This document shows, piece by piece, positions 1-9,157 of a stretch of 31,798 nucleotides of DNA. Location: IMG/VR virus record IMGVR_UViG_3300011339_000101, positions 1 to 31,798 of that record. One strand, given 5' to 3'. Numbering within the stretch: the stretch's first letter is position 1; every line of letters starts with the position of its first letter. The position numbers and the translations under genes were made by a program. The notes under the pieces are model-generated. The model was not told the DNA's origin, made no database searches, and saw only the letters and a program-made list of their open reading frames with translations. Origin of the DNA: a virus. Its lineage: Duplodnaviria; Caudoviricetes.

Positions 1-50
1 GCATCGAAGCCTTCTCTACTTTATGCAAAAAACGCATAACCTTTGCACTA

Positions 51-112
51 AGGGTAAACCCTATGCTGTATGCCTAGACAGTACTGTATGGATAACCATG
101 AGGGTAAACCCT
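51..112. promoter_or_regulatory. Operator cluster: two AGGGTAAACCCT quasi-palindromes (51-62, 101-112) flanking a LexA/SOS-like box (66-81) and a degenerate second box (84-99)
   Basis: Identical 12-mers exactly 50 bp apart. CTGT-atgcctag-ACAG fits the CTGT-N8-ACAG consensus. Located upstream of terS. Confidence 0.6.
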
Positions 113-219
113 AGGTGTATGGAATGATGGGGGGGGAGGGGGATGGTGGTGTGTAGAGAAATTTGTGGTACACCCTCCATTCCGAAAAAGTGAAAATGGA
201 TTCCATCCAAGGAGGACAA

Positions 220-591
220 ATGGAACAATTGAAAAGAGGTCGTGGTAGACCAAAGGGTTCTGTGAAGATGACGATACAGAGGTTTGCTGATAACCCTCCG
301 TCTGTATTGCCTAAGACTGATCACCAGAGGTTGAGGGAGTTGAAGGAGTTGATGATTAGGAGTGGGGGTAAGGATGTTGCTCAGAAGGTGATAGAGATAG
401 CGTTGAATGACGAGCATCCGCATCAACTAGTGGCTTTGAAGATGTGTTTGGACAGGACATTGCCTGTTTCCATGTTTGAGAAGGATAAGAGTCAGAGGAG
501 TGCTGTGACGATTAATATCACAGGATTAGGGGTAGAGCCAACAGTAATAGACCCTGAACAACCAGAAGATGTAGAGGCTAAATATGGCTGA
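220..591 (+). CDS. terS: Terminase small subunit (putative)
   Basis: GGAGGA SD at 211-216 before ATG 220; AT-hook-like KRGRGRPKGS; overlaps terL start. Assignment mainly by position. Confidence 0.7.
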   Translation: MEQLKRGRGRPKGSVKMTIQRFADNPPSVLPKTDHQRLRELKELMIRSGGKDVAQKVIEIALNDEHPHQLVALKMCLDRTLPVSMFEKDKSQRSAVTINITGLGVEPTVIDPEQPEDVEAKYG

Positions 592-1843
592 TTTGAACTT
601 TAGTCTTTTACCGTGGCAACAACAGGTCTTTGCTGATAAAACAAGGTTTAAGGTTGTGGCTGCTGGTCGGCGGTGTGGGAAGTCTCGTATGGCGGCGGTT
701 ACTCTATTGATAGAGGGACTCAAGTGTCCACAGGGGTCTGCTGTGCTTTATGTGTCTCCCACGATGGGACAGTCTAGGCAGATTATCTGGGATTTACTGT
801 TAGACCTTGGTAGAGAGGTTATCCAGAGTAGTCATGTAAATAACCTAGACATTACCCTGATAAACGGGGCTAGGATTTATGTTCGTGGGGCTGATAGACC
901 TGATACCTTACGGGGTGTGTCGTTGACCTATGCGGTACTGGATGAGGTAGCGGATATTAAGCCAGAGGCTTGGGAACAGGTTATTAGGGCTTCTTTGTCC
1001 GACAAGAAGGGTAGAGCCTTGTTTATTGGGACTCCAAAGGGGAGGAACTGGTTCTATGACACCTTTAAGTTGGGGGAGAGTGAAGATGACCCTGATTGGA
1101 AGAGTTGGCACTTTACGACCCAAGATAACCCTTTGATTGACCCTACAGAGATTGAGAGTGCCAAGAAGACCTTGAGTACCTTTGCTTTCAAACAAGAGTA
1201 CATGGCTAGTTTCTCCAATGCGGGAAGTGATGTTTTTAAGGAGGAGTGGATTAAGTATGGGGAGGAGCCTGACAGGGGTTCTTACTACATAGCGATTGAC
1301 TTGGCTGGGTTTGAGGAGGTTGCCAAGCAAGCGGGGAATGCTAAGAAGCGGTTAGATGAGTCTGCTATCTGTGTGGTGAAGGTGACTGAGGATGGTAAGT
1401 GGTTTGTCAAGAAGATTATTCATGGTAGGTGGGATATTAGAACGACTGCTGTGAACATCTTGATGGCGATTAGGGAATACAGACCTGTTTGCGTGGGGAT
1501 TGAGAGGGGGGCGTTAAAGAACGCTGTTTTGCCCTATTTGAGTGATTTGATGAGGAAAAGTAACATCTATGCTCATATTGAGGATATGACGCATGGGAAC
1601 AGGAAAAAAGCGGATAGAATCATCTGGGCATTGCAAGGACGCTTTGAACATGGCAGAATCATCTTAAATTCGGAAGAGAATTGGGATGAATTCATTGATC
1701 AGCTCTTGCTTTTCCCCGCACAGGGAGTTCACGATGACCTTCCTGATGCGCTTAGTTATATCGACCAGATCGCCGTCACTTCCTATTTTGAAGAGGACGA
1801 TACCGATGAGTGGCAACCTGTAGACATTATATCGGGGGTGTGA
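584..1843 (+). CDS. terL: Terminase large subunit
   Basis: Walker A AGRRCGKS, Walker B YAVLDE, GTPKG coupling motif, nuclease acidic motifs IAIDLA, DESA and HDDLPDAL. Confidence 0.96.
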   Translation: MADLNFSLLPWQQQVFADKTRFKVVAAGRRCGKSRMAAVTLLIEGLKCPQGSAVLYVSPTMGQSRQIIWDLLLDLGREVIQSSHVNNLDITLINGARIYVRGADRPDTLRGVSLTYAVLDEVADIKPEAWEQVIRASLSDKKGRALFIGTPKGRNWFYDTFKLGESEDDPDWKSWHFTTQDNPLIDPTEIESAKKTLSTFAFKQEYMASFSNAGSDVFKEEWIKYGEEPDRGSYYIAIDLAGFEEVAKQAGNAKKRLDESAICVVKVTEDGKWFVKKIIHGRWDIRTTAVNILMAIREYRPVCVGIERGALKNAVLPYLSDLMRKSNIYAHIEDMTHGNRKKADRIIWALQGRFEHGRIILNSEENWDEFIDQLLLFPAQGVHDDLPDALSYIDQIAVTSYFEEDDTDEWQPVDIISGV

Positions 1844-3888
1844 TGGACACATTTTCTCAGTTTGACGAACCAACTGATAGCGACAAAGAGCTAGTCTCTT
1901 TCGTGGTTGACCATTGTGACCGTTGGAGAAACTATCGAGATACCAACTTTCTTGATGATTGGCTTGAATATGAGCGTATCTTTACTGGTGAGTGGGATGC
2001 TCAAGACAAGACCCGTGACTCTGAGAGAAGCCGTATTGTCACTCCCGCTACCCAACAAGCTGTTGAAACCCGTCATGCAGAGATCATTGAGGCTATCTTT
2101 GGTCAAGGTGAGTTCTTTGATATTCAAGACGATGTAAGGGATGTCAATGGTTCTCCACTAGATGTAGCCATGATCAAGGCTCAACTGATGGAAGACTTCA
2201 AGGTTGATAAGATTCGCAAGTCTATTGACCAAATTGAGTTGATGGCAGAGATTTATGGTACTGGTATAGGCGAGATTGTTGTTAAAACAGAGAAAGTCTA
2301 TGTTCCTAGTACCCAACCGATACCTGGTCAAGTCGGTCAAGCAGCCATCGGAGTGATGGAAAAAGACCGTATTGCAGTAAAGATTGTCCCTGTTAACCCT
2401 AAAAACTTCTTGTTTGACCCTAATGGGACATCTATTGATGACTGTATGGGTGTTGCGATTGAGAAGTTTGTCTCCATCCACAAGATTGTCAAAGGTCAAG
2501 AAGATGGTATATACCGAAAAGTAAAGGTTGGTACTGATTCTGAGGACAATGACCTTGAACCTACCCAAGAACTGAGCCAATATCAAGACGACAAAGTGCG
2601 TTTATTGACCTACTATGGCCTAGTTCCTCGTGAATACCTTGAACAACTCGAAGATGAGGAAGAAGTAGAGGATTTATTCCCTGAAGACTCTGTTCAAGAC
2701 GAGTATTCCGATCTGGTTGAGGCAATTATCGTTATTGCTAACGAAGGAGTGCTTCTCAAGGCAGAAAAGAACCCTTACATGATGAAAGATAGGCCAATTC
2801 TGGCTTATCAGGACGATACAGTTCCTAATCGTCTATTGGGTCGTGGTACTGTTGAGAAGGCTTACAACTCTCAAAAGGCCATTGATGCCCAGATTCGCTC
2901 ACATTTGGACTCATTAGCACTCACAACTAGCCCAATGATGGCTATGGATGCCACTCGTTTACCAAGGGGTGCTAAGTTTGAGGTGAAGCCAGGCAAGGCA
3001 ATCCTGACAAACGGCAATCCTAACGAGATTCTGTTCCCATTCAAGTTTGGCAATACAGATGGTTCTAATCTGTCTACTGCCAAAGAGTTTGAGCGTATGC
3101 TTTTGCAAGCTACTGGCACTTTGGACTCTCAAGGGATGGTATCTTCTGTTGCGAGAGATGCGGGTCAAGGTGGCATCTCAATGGCTGTTGCTTCTATCAT
3201 CAAGAAGTACAAGAGAACATTGGTCAACTTCCAAGAAGACTTTATGATTCCCTTCATTATGAAGGCGGCATATCGTTATATGCAGTTTGACCCAGAAAGA
3301 TACCCTACTGTTGACCTGAAGTTCATTCCTACGGCGGCATTGGGTATTATTGCTAGAGAACATGAACAACAACAGTTCATCTCCTTGCTCCAGACTCTTG
3401 GCCCAAATACACCTGTTTTGCCAGTAATTCTCAAGGGAATTATGACCAATTCATCCTTGTCTAACAGACATGAGTTGATTCAGATGTTGGATCAAATGGC
3501 TCAACCTGATCCACAAGCACAACAGATGCAACAAGCACAACAGCAGTTGGCTCTACAAGCGGCACAGGCTCAGATTGCAGTTCAAACTACCCAAGCAGAG
3601 CAAAATCGTGCTGAAGCGCAGAAGTTGTTGACTGAGACTCAGTTAATGCCTATGGAACTTCAAGCCAAGAGCATGGCAGCGAACACTAAGAATCTTCCAA
3701 ATGATGCTGATTTAGCCTCTAAGGAGTTTGATAAACGGGTTAAGATTGCTGACCTAATGCTCAAAGAAGCTGACATTAAGAACAAGTCTAAGATTGTTGA
3801 ATTGCAGATGGCAGATAAACTTAATGCTCAAAGCAAGGTAAAACAAGATTTCTTGACTAAACTTACAGATGGATTAAGAAATGGCTAG
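1843..3888 (+). CDS. Portal protein (P22-like)
   Basis: About 680 aa directly after terL (TGATG overlap gives ATG at 1843); Gln-rich helical C-terminal barrel-like region. Confidence 0.88.
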   Translation: MDTFSQFDEPTDSDKELVSFVVDHCDRWRNYRDTNFLDDWLEYERIFTGEWDAQDKTRDSERSRIVTPATQQAVETRHAEIIEAIFGQGEFFDIQDDVRDVNGSPLDVAMIKAQLMEDFKVDKIRKSIDQIELMAEIYGTGIGEIVVKTEKVYVPSTQPIPGQVGQAAIGVMEKDRIAVKIVPVNPKNFLFDPNGTSIDDCMGVAIEKFVSIHKIVKGQEDGIYRKVKVGTDSEDNDLEPTQELSQYQDDKVRLLTYYGLVPREYLEQLEDEEEVEDLFPEDSVQDEYSDLVEAIIVIANEGVLLKAEKNPYMMKDRPILAYQDDTVPNRLLGRGTVEKAYNSQKAIDAQIRSHLDSLALTTSPMMAMDATRLPRGAKFEVKPGKAILTNGNPNEILFPFKFGNTDGSNLSTAKEFERMLLQATGTLDSQGMVSSVARDAGQGGISMAVASIIKKYKRTLVNFQEDFMIPFIMKAAYRYMQFDPERYPTVDLKFIPTAALGIIAREHEQQQFISLLQTLGPNTPVLPVILKGIMTNSSLSNRHELIQMLDQMAQPDPQAQQMQQAQQQLALQAAQAQIAVQTTQAEQNRAEAQKLLTETQLMPMELQAKSMAANTKNLPNDADLASKEFDKRVKIADLMLKEADIKNKSKIVELQMADKLNAQSKVKQDFLTKLTDGLRNG

Positions 3889-5926
3889 TATCAAAGAGTT
3901 GATCCAAAGTATTGAGTCGGGAGATTCGTCTTTTGATGAAAAACTAGCCGCCATCAATCAGATGGAAGAAACTCTCATTGCGATGCGTAACAATGAGGAA
4001 CAAGCCGTTAATGACAATGTTGAGTTGATTGTCGAAGCCATCAAAGTGATGGAAAAGAAGGTCAATGACCAACTAGAGATTGCAAAGTCCATTGTTCCTG
4101 AAAAAGGTGACAAAGGAGACAGAGGTCTTGATGGAGCGCCTGGTCGAGATGGAGTTAATGGCAGAGATGGTCGTGATGGTAAAGATGGTCAGAATGGACA
4201 AGATGGTGCAGATGGTGTATCTGTAACTGATGCAAAGATTGACTTTGATGGTTCATTGATTATCACTTTGTCTACTGGAAGAGAGATCAATGTTGGTGAA
4301 GTAGTTGCTAGTGATTTAGCTGAAAAGATCAAAGTCATTAGCACCATGTCTACCAATACAGCAATTGCTGATATTACTGGGGGTTCAATAGATGGAACTA
4401 CGATTGGCGCTACAACACCGTCTACAGGAGCGTTCACAGAAGTTGCTGTAACAACTGAAACAAGCGAGACAACCCTACTGCAGAATACTGGCATTACTAG
4501 TTGGATTTATTCTGGTAAAACTAAATCTGTTATTGGCGAGGAAAGTAACGCAACAGGTTTGTTTTTCCGTGCTGATGGTTTAAAGATGTACGTCAACGGA
4601 AGTACTGGTGATGATGTAAACGAATACACACTAAGCACTGCTTGGGATATTACGACAGCTACATTTGTCACTGTGTTTTCTACAGCCGCACAAGACACTG
4701 CACCACAAGATATCTTTTTCAAACCTGATGGTTTGTCTATGTATGTTATTGGAAGTACAAGTGACGCAGTTTTCCAATATACCCTTGGAACGGCTTGGAG
4801 CGTTGCTACAGCTTCCTATGCAAACAAGTCATTTAGCGTTGCATCACAAGAAGGTACGCCAACTGGTTTATGGTTTAAGCCAGACGGCACAGTAATGTAT
4901 GTGGTTGGTACAGCTTCTGATACGGTTTTTCAGTACTCACTAAGCACTGCTTGGGATGTATCTACCGCTTCTTACGGTGGCATTTTTTACAGTGTTGCAA
5001 CACAAGAAGCTACGGCTAACCAAGTAAACCTAAGTGCTGACGGAACAAAGATGTGGGTTGTTGGTTCAACTGGTGATGACATCTGGGAATACAACCTCGG
5101 CACTGCGTGGAATGTTAGCACTGCAACACCTGTTAACAATTTTTATATTGGTTTCCAAGCAATTAATCCAACGGGGATGTTTATTGATAGTAGCTCTGCA
5201 AACCGAGTGTTTGTTGTTGACGTAACCGCAGACGCTATTTACCAATACAACACAACAACAAATTCAATAAAAGTTGATACAGAGAAGGCATACGTTGGTG
5301 GACAGTTATCAGTAAATGGAAACTTCATTGCTGGTGAAAATGCTTATGTTGATGGAAATTTGACTGTTCAAAGTGCACTTACTGCTGGAAACATTACTGT
5401 TGGTACAACAAGTGTTAGTGGAACATTAACTTCTACGAGTACAACAACACTTGCAACAAGCACAGCGGCACAAACTGTTTCTCTCGGTGCAGGTGCAACA
5501 GTATCTGGCTCAACTAAAGCTATTAACATTGGAACTTCTGGTGTATCTGGTTCTACTACCACCATATCTATTGGTTCTGCTGTATCTGGAGCAACAAGTA
5601 CAACCACACTAAGCGGATTAGTGATTGACAGTATTAGTGCGGCAGTATCTGCGGCTGGTGCAACTCAAGCAACTGCAACAGCCTTAGTTTCAAACATCAA
5701 TAACGTAACTGTTGTTGCGGCAGCGGCTGATGGTGTAAGACTTCCAACCGCTGTGGCTGGTATGCGTATCCTTGTAAGGAATACTGATGCGGCAGATACT
5801 TTGAAGATTTACCCTGCAACTGGTGGACAAATCAATGCACTTGGCGCTAATGCGTCTTTTTCTTTAGTTGCAGGTCTGACTATTGAATTGTTTGCTTCAA
5901 CAGCAACACAATGGTATACCTTTTAA
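3881..5926 (+). CDS. Fibre-like virion protein: coiled coil, collagen (Gly-X-Y)12, about 5 beta-propeller-type repeats, Thr/Ser-rich stalk and C-terminal beta domain
   Basis: Repeats visible in translation: GDKGDRGLDGAP..., and F-K/R-x-DG-x-x-MYV...Y-x-L-S/G-TAW. Confidence 0.7.
   Translation: MASIKELIQSIESGDSSFDEKLAAINQMEETLIAMRNNEEQAVNDNVELIVEAIKVMEKKVNDQLEIAKSIVPEKGDKGDRGLDGAPGRDGVNGRDGRDGKDGQNGQDGADGVSVTDAKIDFDGSLIITLSTGREINVGEVVASDLAEKIKVISTMSTNTAIADITGGSIDGTTIGATTPSTGAFTEVAVTTETSETTLLQNTGITSWIYSGKTKSVIGEESNATGLFFRADGLKMYVNGSTGDDVNEYTLSTAWDITTATFVTVFSTAAQDTAPQDIFFKPDGLSMYVIGSTSDAVFQYTLGTAWSVATASYANKSFSVASQEGTPTGLWFKPDGTVMYVVGTASDTVFQYSLSTAWDVSTASYGGIFYSVATQEATANQVNLSADGTKMWVVGSTGDDIWEYNLGTAWNVSTATPVNNFYIGFQAINPTGMFIDSSSANRVFVVDVTADAIYQYNTTTNSIKVDTEKAYVGGQLSVNGNFIAGENAYVDGNLTVQSALTAGNITVGTTSVSGTLTSTSTTTLATSTAAQTVSLGAGATVSGSTKAINIGTSGVSGSTTTISIGSAVSGATSTTTLSGLVIDSISAAVSAAGATQATATALVSNINNVTVVAAAADGVRLPTAVAGMRILVRNTDAADTLKIYPATGGQINALGANASFSLVAGLTIELFASTATQWYTF
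4106..4213 (+). repeat. Collagen-like (Gly-X-Y)12 coding repeat
   Basis: GDK GDR GLD GAP GRD GVN GRD GRD GKD GQN GQD GAD. Confidence 0.9.
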
Positions 5927-5945
5927 TTTATAGTCAATAATATTT

Positions 5946-6173
5946 ATGAATCAAGAACTTCAAAAGTACTACGAAGCCCGTTTTGAGATGATGTCTCACG
6001 AAGGGTGGAAAGATTTAATTGAAGATATTGACAAAATTATTGTCTCTATAAATAATATATCAACGATAGATACCGAAAAAGACCTACAATTCAAAAAAGG
6101 TGAGCTATCTATACTTACTTGGCTGAAAAATCTTAAAGAGATCAGCGAGAGAGCGTATGAAGAAATTTTATGA
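5946..6173 (+). CDS. Small helical head-module hypothetical protein
   Basis: 75 aa ORF between portal region and scaffold, overlapping the next gene. Confidence 0.75.
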   Translation: MNQELQKYYEARFEMMSHEGWKDLIEDIDKIIVSINNISTIDTEKDLQFKKGELSILTWLKNLKEISERAYEEIL

Positions 6174-6384
6174 TTATGTCTGTGAAAACGGACACAAAAC
6201 AGAGAGATTCGTTGATTATGAGGCAACGGGTCTAATGTGTGAGTGTGGTGCAAATGCAACACGCTCATTATCTGCGCCAGCATTTCGACTTGAAGGATGG
6301 TCTGGTTCTTTTCCATCGGCTTATGCCAAATTTGGAAAGAGCCATGTCGACAAGTTGAAATCTGAACGCAAACTCAACTCATAA
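6157..6384 (+). CDS. FmdB-like zinc-ribbon protein
   Basis: YDYVCENGH...CECG...RSLSAPAF pattern. Confidence 0.7.
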   Translation: MKKFYDYVCENGHKTERFVDYEATGLMCECGANATRSLSAPAFRLEGWSGSFPSAYAKFGKSHVDKLKSERKLNS

Positions 6385-6428
6385 GCAATTATGCCGAGTT
6401 GAATCTCCTACAACCGAAAGCGGCAGGA
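6374..6428 (+). promoter_or_regulatory. Candidate two-hairpin RNA element upstream of scaffold RBS
   Basis: TCAACTC-ATAA-GCAA-TTAT-gcc-GAGTTGA (GNRA loop) and TCCT-acaa-CCG-aaag-CGG-c-AGGA. Confidence 0.45.
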
Positions 6429-6441
6429 AAAAGGAAAAAGT

Positions 6442-7173
6442 ATGTTGATTGATGAAGAGCCAAATGAACTTGAAGCGGTAGAGCAACAACAGAGGCCAGA
6501 ACTCCCCGAGAAATATCGGGATAAAAGTTTGGATGAAGTCGTGCGTATGCACCAAGAGGCTGAAAAGCTAATTGGTAAGCAAGCGCAAGAGGTCGGAGAA
6601 GTCCGAAAGCTCGCTGATGAACTCATTAGGCAGAACCTCACTGTTAAACAACAGCAACAGACTAGAGATGTAGAGCCTGAAATAGATTTCTTTGAGAATC
6701 CACAGAAGGCAGTACAGAGAACTGTTGATAGTCACCCTGACATCCTTGCGGCGCGTCAAGCCACGCTAGAGATTAAAAGGGCGCAGATTCAGCAAAAGTT
6801 GGCACAAGAACACCCTGATTTTGGCGATATTGCTAAAAATGAGGACTTTGCAAATTGGGTTAAATCTAGCCCTGTACGCATTGATTTGTTCAAGAAAGCT
6901 GATGCAGAATTCGACTATGATTCAGCCAATGAACTGTTATCTACTTACAAAGAACTTCGCTCTGTAAAACAGAAGCAAACAAGCAATGCTGGTGAGGCAA
7001 CTCGCAAACAGAACTTGAAAGCGGCGGGGGTTGATGTGGGTGGTTCTGGAGAAGCATCAAAGAGGGTCTATCGTAGGGCAGACCTTATTCGGCTGAAAAT
7101 GCAAGATCCTTCTCGCTATGAGGCGCTTTCTGATGAAATCATGCAAGCGTATCAAGAGGGTAGGGTTAAGTAA
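6442..7173 (+). CDS. Scaffolding protein (putative)
   Basis: Charged coiled-coil 243 aa protein immediately before the capsid gene; LPEKYRDKS motif; C-terminal AYQEGRVK. Confidence 0.78.
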   Translation: MLIDEEPNELEAVEQQQRPELPEKYRDKSLDEVVRMHQEAEKLIGKQAQEVGEVRKLADELIRQNLTVKQQQQTRDVEPEIDFFENPQKAVQRTVDSHPDILAARQATLEIKRAQIQQKLAQEHPDFGDIAKNEDFANWVKSSPVRIDLFKKADAEFDYDSANELLSTYKELRSVKQKQTSNAGEATRKQNLKAAGVDVGGSGEASKRVYRRADLIRLKMQDPSRYEALSDEIMQAYQEGRVK

Positions 7174-7197
7174 ACTTAACTTTTTGGAGATTTAACT

Positions 7198-8172
7198 ATG
7201 GCAAATACCGCCTTTTCCCCCACAAATAGTGTAACCACTACTTCCGCAGCTAACTTTATTCCAGAGATTTGGAGTGATGAAATTGTTGCCGCTTACAAAA
7301 AGAACCTCGTTTTGGCCAATTTGGTCAAGAAGATGTCTTTCAAAGGCAAGAAGGGTGACACCATCAATATCCCTAGCCCTGCTCGTGGTTCTGCTTCTGC
7401 AAAAGCCGCTACAGACGCTGTGACTTTGATTGCTGAAAGCGACACAAATATTCAAGTGTTGATCAACAACCACTATGAGTACTCACGCTTGATCGAGGAC
7501 ATCGTTGAAGTGCAAGCTCTGACATCTTTGCGTTCTTTCTACACAGAAGACGCAGGTTATGCCTTGGCTCGCCGTATTGACACAGACTTGGTTCGTTTGG
7601 GTCGTGCATTTAACGGTGCTACTGTCGGTACTGATGACTATGCTACAAGCAATACAACCACCAAAGCCTTCATTGGTTCTGATGGTACTACTGCTTACAA
7701 CAGCACATCCTCTAACGCCGCCGCTTTGACTGATGCCGCTATTCGCCGCACCATTCAGCGTTTGGACGACAACGACATTCCTATGGACGGTCGTTTCTTC
7801 CTGATTCCACCTTCAAGCCGTAACACCTTGATGGGTCTGGCTCGTTACACCGAGCAAGCATTCGTTGGTAACGGCGATGCGATTCGCAATGGTGAAATCG
7901 GTCAGTTGTACGGCATGGCTGTGTTTGCCTCATCTAACGCTGATACTGGTGCTGGTAACTCTGGCGCTGACCGTATCTGCTTGATGGGTCACAAAGACTC
8001 TATGGTGTTGGTTGAGCAGTTGGGCATCCGTTCACAGACTCAGTACAAACAAGAGTACCTTGGTACATTGTTTACTGCTGACACCATTTATGGTGTGAAG
8101 GCTCTGCGTACTAGTGCGACTAGCTCTGCTGCTAACGCTTCTGGTGCTTTTGCCTTGGCAGTACCAGCCTAA
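7198..8172 (+). CDS. Major capsid protein
   Basis: FIPEIWS, KGDTINIP, GEIGQLYG and DTIYGVK motifs typical of HK97-fold podovirus coats; GGAGA SD; followed by a terminator. Confidence 0.92.
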   Translation: MANTAFSPTNSVTTTSAANFIPEIWSDEIVAAYKKNLVLANLVKKMSFKGKKGDTINIPSPARGSASAKAATDAVTLIAESDTNIQVLINNHYEYSRLIEDIVEVQALTSLRSFYTEDAGYALARRIDTDLVRLGRAFNGATVGTDDYATSNTTTKAFIGSDGTTAYNSTSSNAAALTDAAIRRTIQRLDDNDIPMDGRFFLIPPSSRNTLMGLARYTEQAFVGNGDAIRNGEIGQLYGMAVFASSNADTGAGNSGADRICLMGHKDSMVLVEQLGIRSQTQYKQEYLGTLFTADTIYGVKALRTSATSSAANASGAFALAVPA

Positions 8173-8182
8173 TTGCAGTTGC

Positions 8183-8213
8183 GCCCCCTGCCGTAATGGT
8201 GGGGGGACTTTTT
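8183..8213 (+). terminator. Intrinsic terminator after capsid gene
   Basis: CCCCCTGCC-gtaat-GGTGGGGGG stem (two G-U pairs) followed by acTTTTT. Confidence 0.75.
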
Positions 8214-8235
8214 AAACTTAATTAGGAGAAATATT

Positions 8236-8562
8236 ATGGCAACCGCATCAGCAGTCGTATCTCGTAGAGGTAATGACCAGTTCCGTGGCCTGTTCAGCGA
8301 TACATGGGCAGTTACTTGCACCATGAACGCTGGCTCTTTGGCTGACGGAGCAGGTGAGACAGACGACATAACAGTACCAGGCGTGGCCTTGGGTGATATG
8401 GTAATTGGCGCATCTTTGGGTGTGGACTTGGTTGGTTTGACAGTAACAGGTTATGTTTCTGCCGCAAACACAGTCAAGTTCCGTATTCAGAACGAGTCAG
8501 GTACTGGCCCTGTTGACTTAGCATCTACAACAATGAAGATTGTTGTTGTTCGCATGGTCTAA
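8236..8562 (+). CDS. Capsid decoration/cement protein (putative)
   Basis: 108 aa beta-rich protein after the capsid gene; TVPGVALGD and VSAANTV motifs; AGGAG SD. Confidence 0.6.
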   Translation: MATASAVVSRRGNDQFRGLFSDTWAVTCTMNAGSLADGAGETDDITVPGVALGDMVIGASLGVDLVGLTVTGYVSAANTVKFRIQNESGTGPVDLASTTMKIVVVRMV

Positions 8563-8565
8563 TCT

Positions 8566-8591
8566 AAAAGGGGGCTAAAAACCCCCTTTTT
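8566..8591. terminator. Intrinsic terminator, possibly bidirectional
   Basis: AAAAGGGGG-ctaaaaa-CCCCCTTTTT. Confidence 0.8.
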
Positions 8592-8603
8592 AACGGAGTT
8601 CTT

Positions 8604-8798
8604 ATGGCAACCTTTCGGTGTTTAGCAAGCGGTCAGACTGTTACATTTACGCAACAGCACGATATTGATTCAATGAAGGGTCATCAGGGCTATGTCAGAA
8701 TCGACCAAGAAGAAGTGGTCGAAAACAATGATAAACCTGTTGTTTTAGCGCCGCCTATTAAGAAGTTAGGTAGGCCAAAGAAAGTAGCAAATGTCTGA
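8604..8798 (+). CDS. Hypothetical protein with basic C-terminal GRPKK motif
   Basis: GGAG SD; overlaps next gene. Confidence 0.75.
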   Translation: MATFRCLASGQTVTFTQQHDIDSMKGHQGYVRIDQEEVVENNDKPVVLAPPIKKLGRPKKVANV

Positions 8799-8994
8799 GA
8801 TTGACCCACGAGAGTTTGGCAAACTAGAAGCCCAAGTTCAGGCGCTTCAAACAGAAGTTCATGCCATGCGAGAAGATATTAAATTGCTTTTGGAGATGGC
8901 TAACAAATCCAAGGGTGGTATGTTTGTAGGAATGGCTATTGCCTCTGTTCTAGGTGGCATAGTTTCCTTTGTTGCAACTAAACTCATAAGGTGA
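8791..8994 (+). CDS. Small coiled-coil protein with C-terminal transmembrane helix (holin/XhlA-like architecture)
   Basis: Heptad N-terminus, then GMFVGMAIASVLGGIVSFVA. Confidence 0.65.
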   Translation: MSEIDPREFGKLEAQVQALQTEVHAMREDIKLLLEMANKSKGGMFVGMAIASVLGGIVSFVATKLIR

Positions 8995-8998
8995 TGAT

Positions 8999-9157
8999 AT
9001 GTACGGTAAAACCAAAATGACCAGTTCAAAGATGCCTAAAAAGGCTAAAGGTATGCCTGTAGCTATTATGGTTGCTGTTGGTAAGCCAAGAGCTATGCCT
9101 GTGCGTGGTAGCCGTACCGCTACTAACATGATGAAGAAATCAGGTCGTAGCAAATGA
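8999..9157 (+). CDS. Tiny basic Met/Lys-rich protein (52 aa), not in ORF track
   Basis: Manual translation MYGKTKMTSSKMPKKAKGMPVAIMVAVGKPRAMPVRGSRTATNMMKKSGRSK; AGGTG SD; ATGA overlap with next gene. Confidence 0.75.
   Translation: MYGKTKMTSSKMPKKAKGMPVAIMVAVGKPRAMPVRGSRTATNMMKKSGRSK

Noticed and set aside
51-112. Two identical repeats with a 38-bp spacer as a mini CRISPR array
   Set aside because: Repeats are only 12-13 bp, there are two copies, no cas genes, and the spacer consists of SOS-like boxes.
61-426. 121-aa - strand ORF and the many other antisense ORFs in the track
   Set aside because: They shadow well-supported genes on the opposite strand and lack SDs and recognisable motifs.
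8160-8240. Capsid read-through or frameshift into the decoration gene
   Set aside because: TAA stop, no slippery site noticed, an intervening terminator and a strong independent SD.
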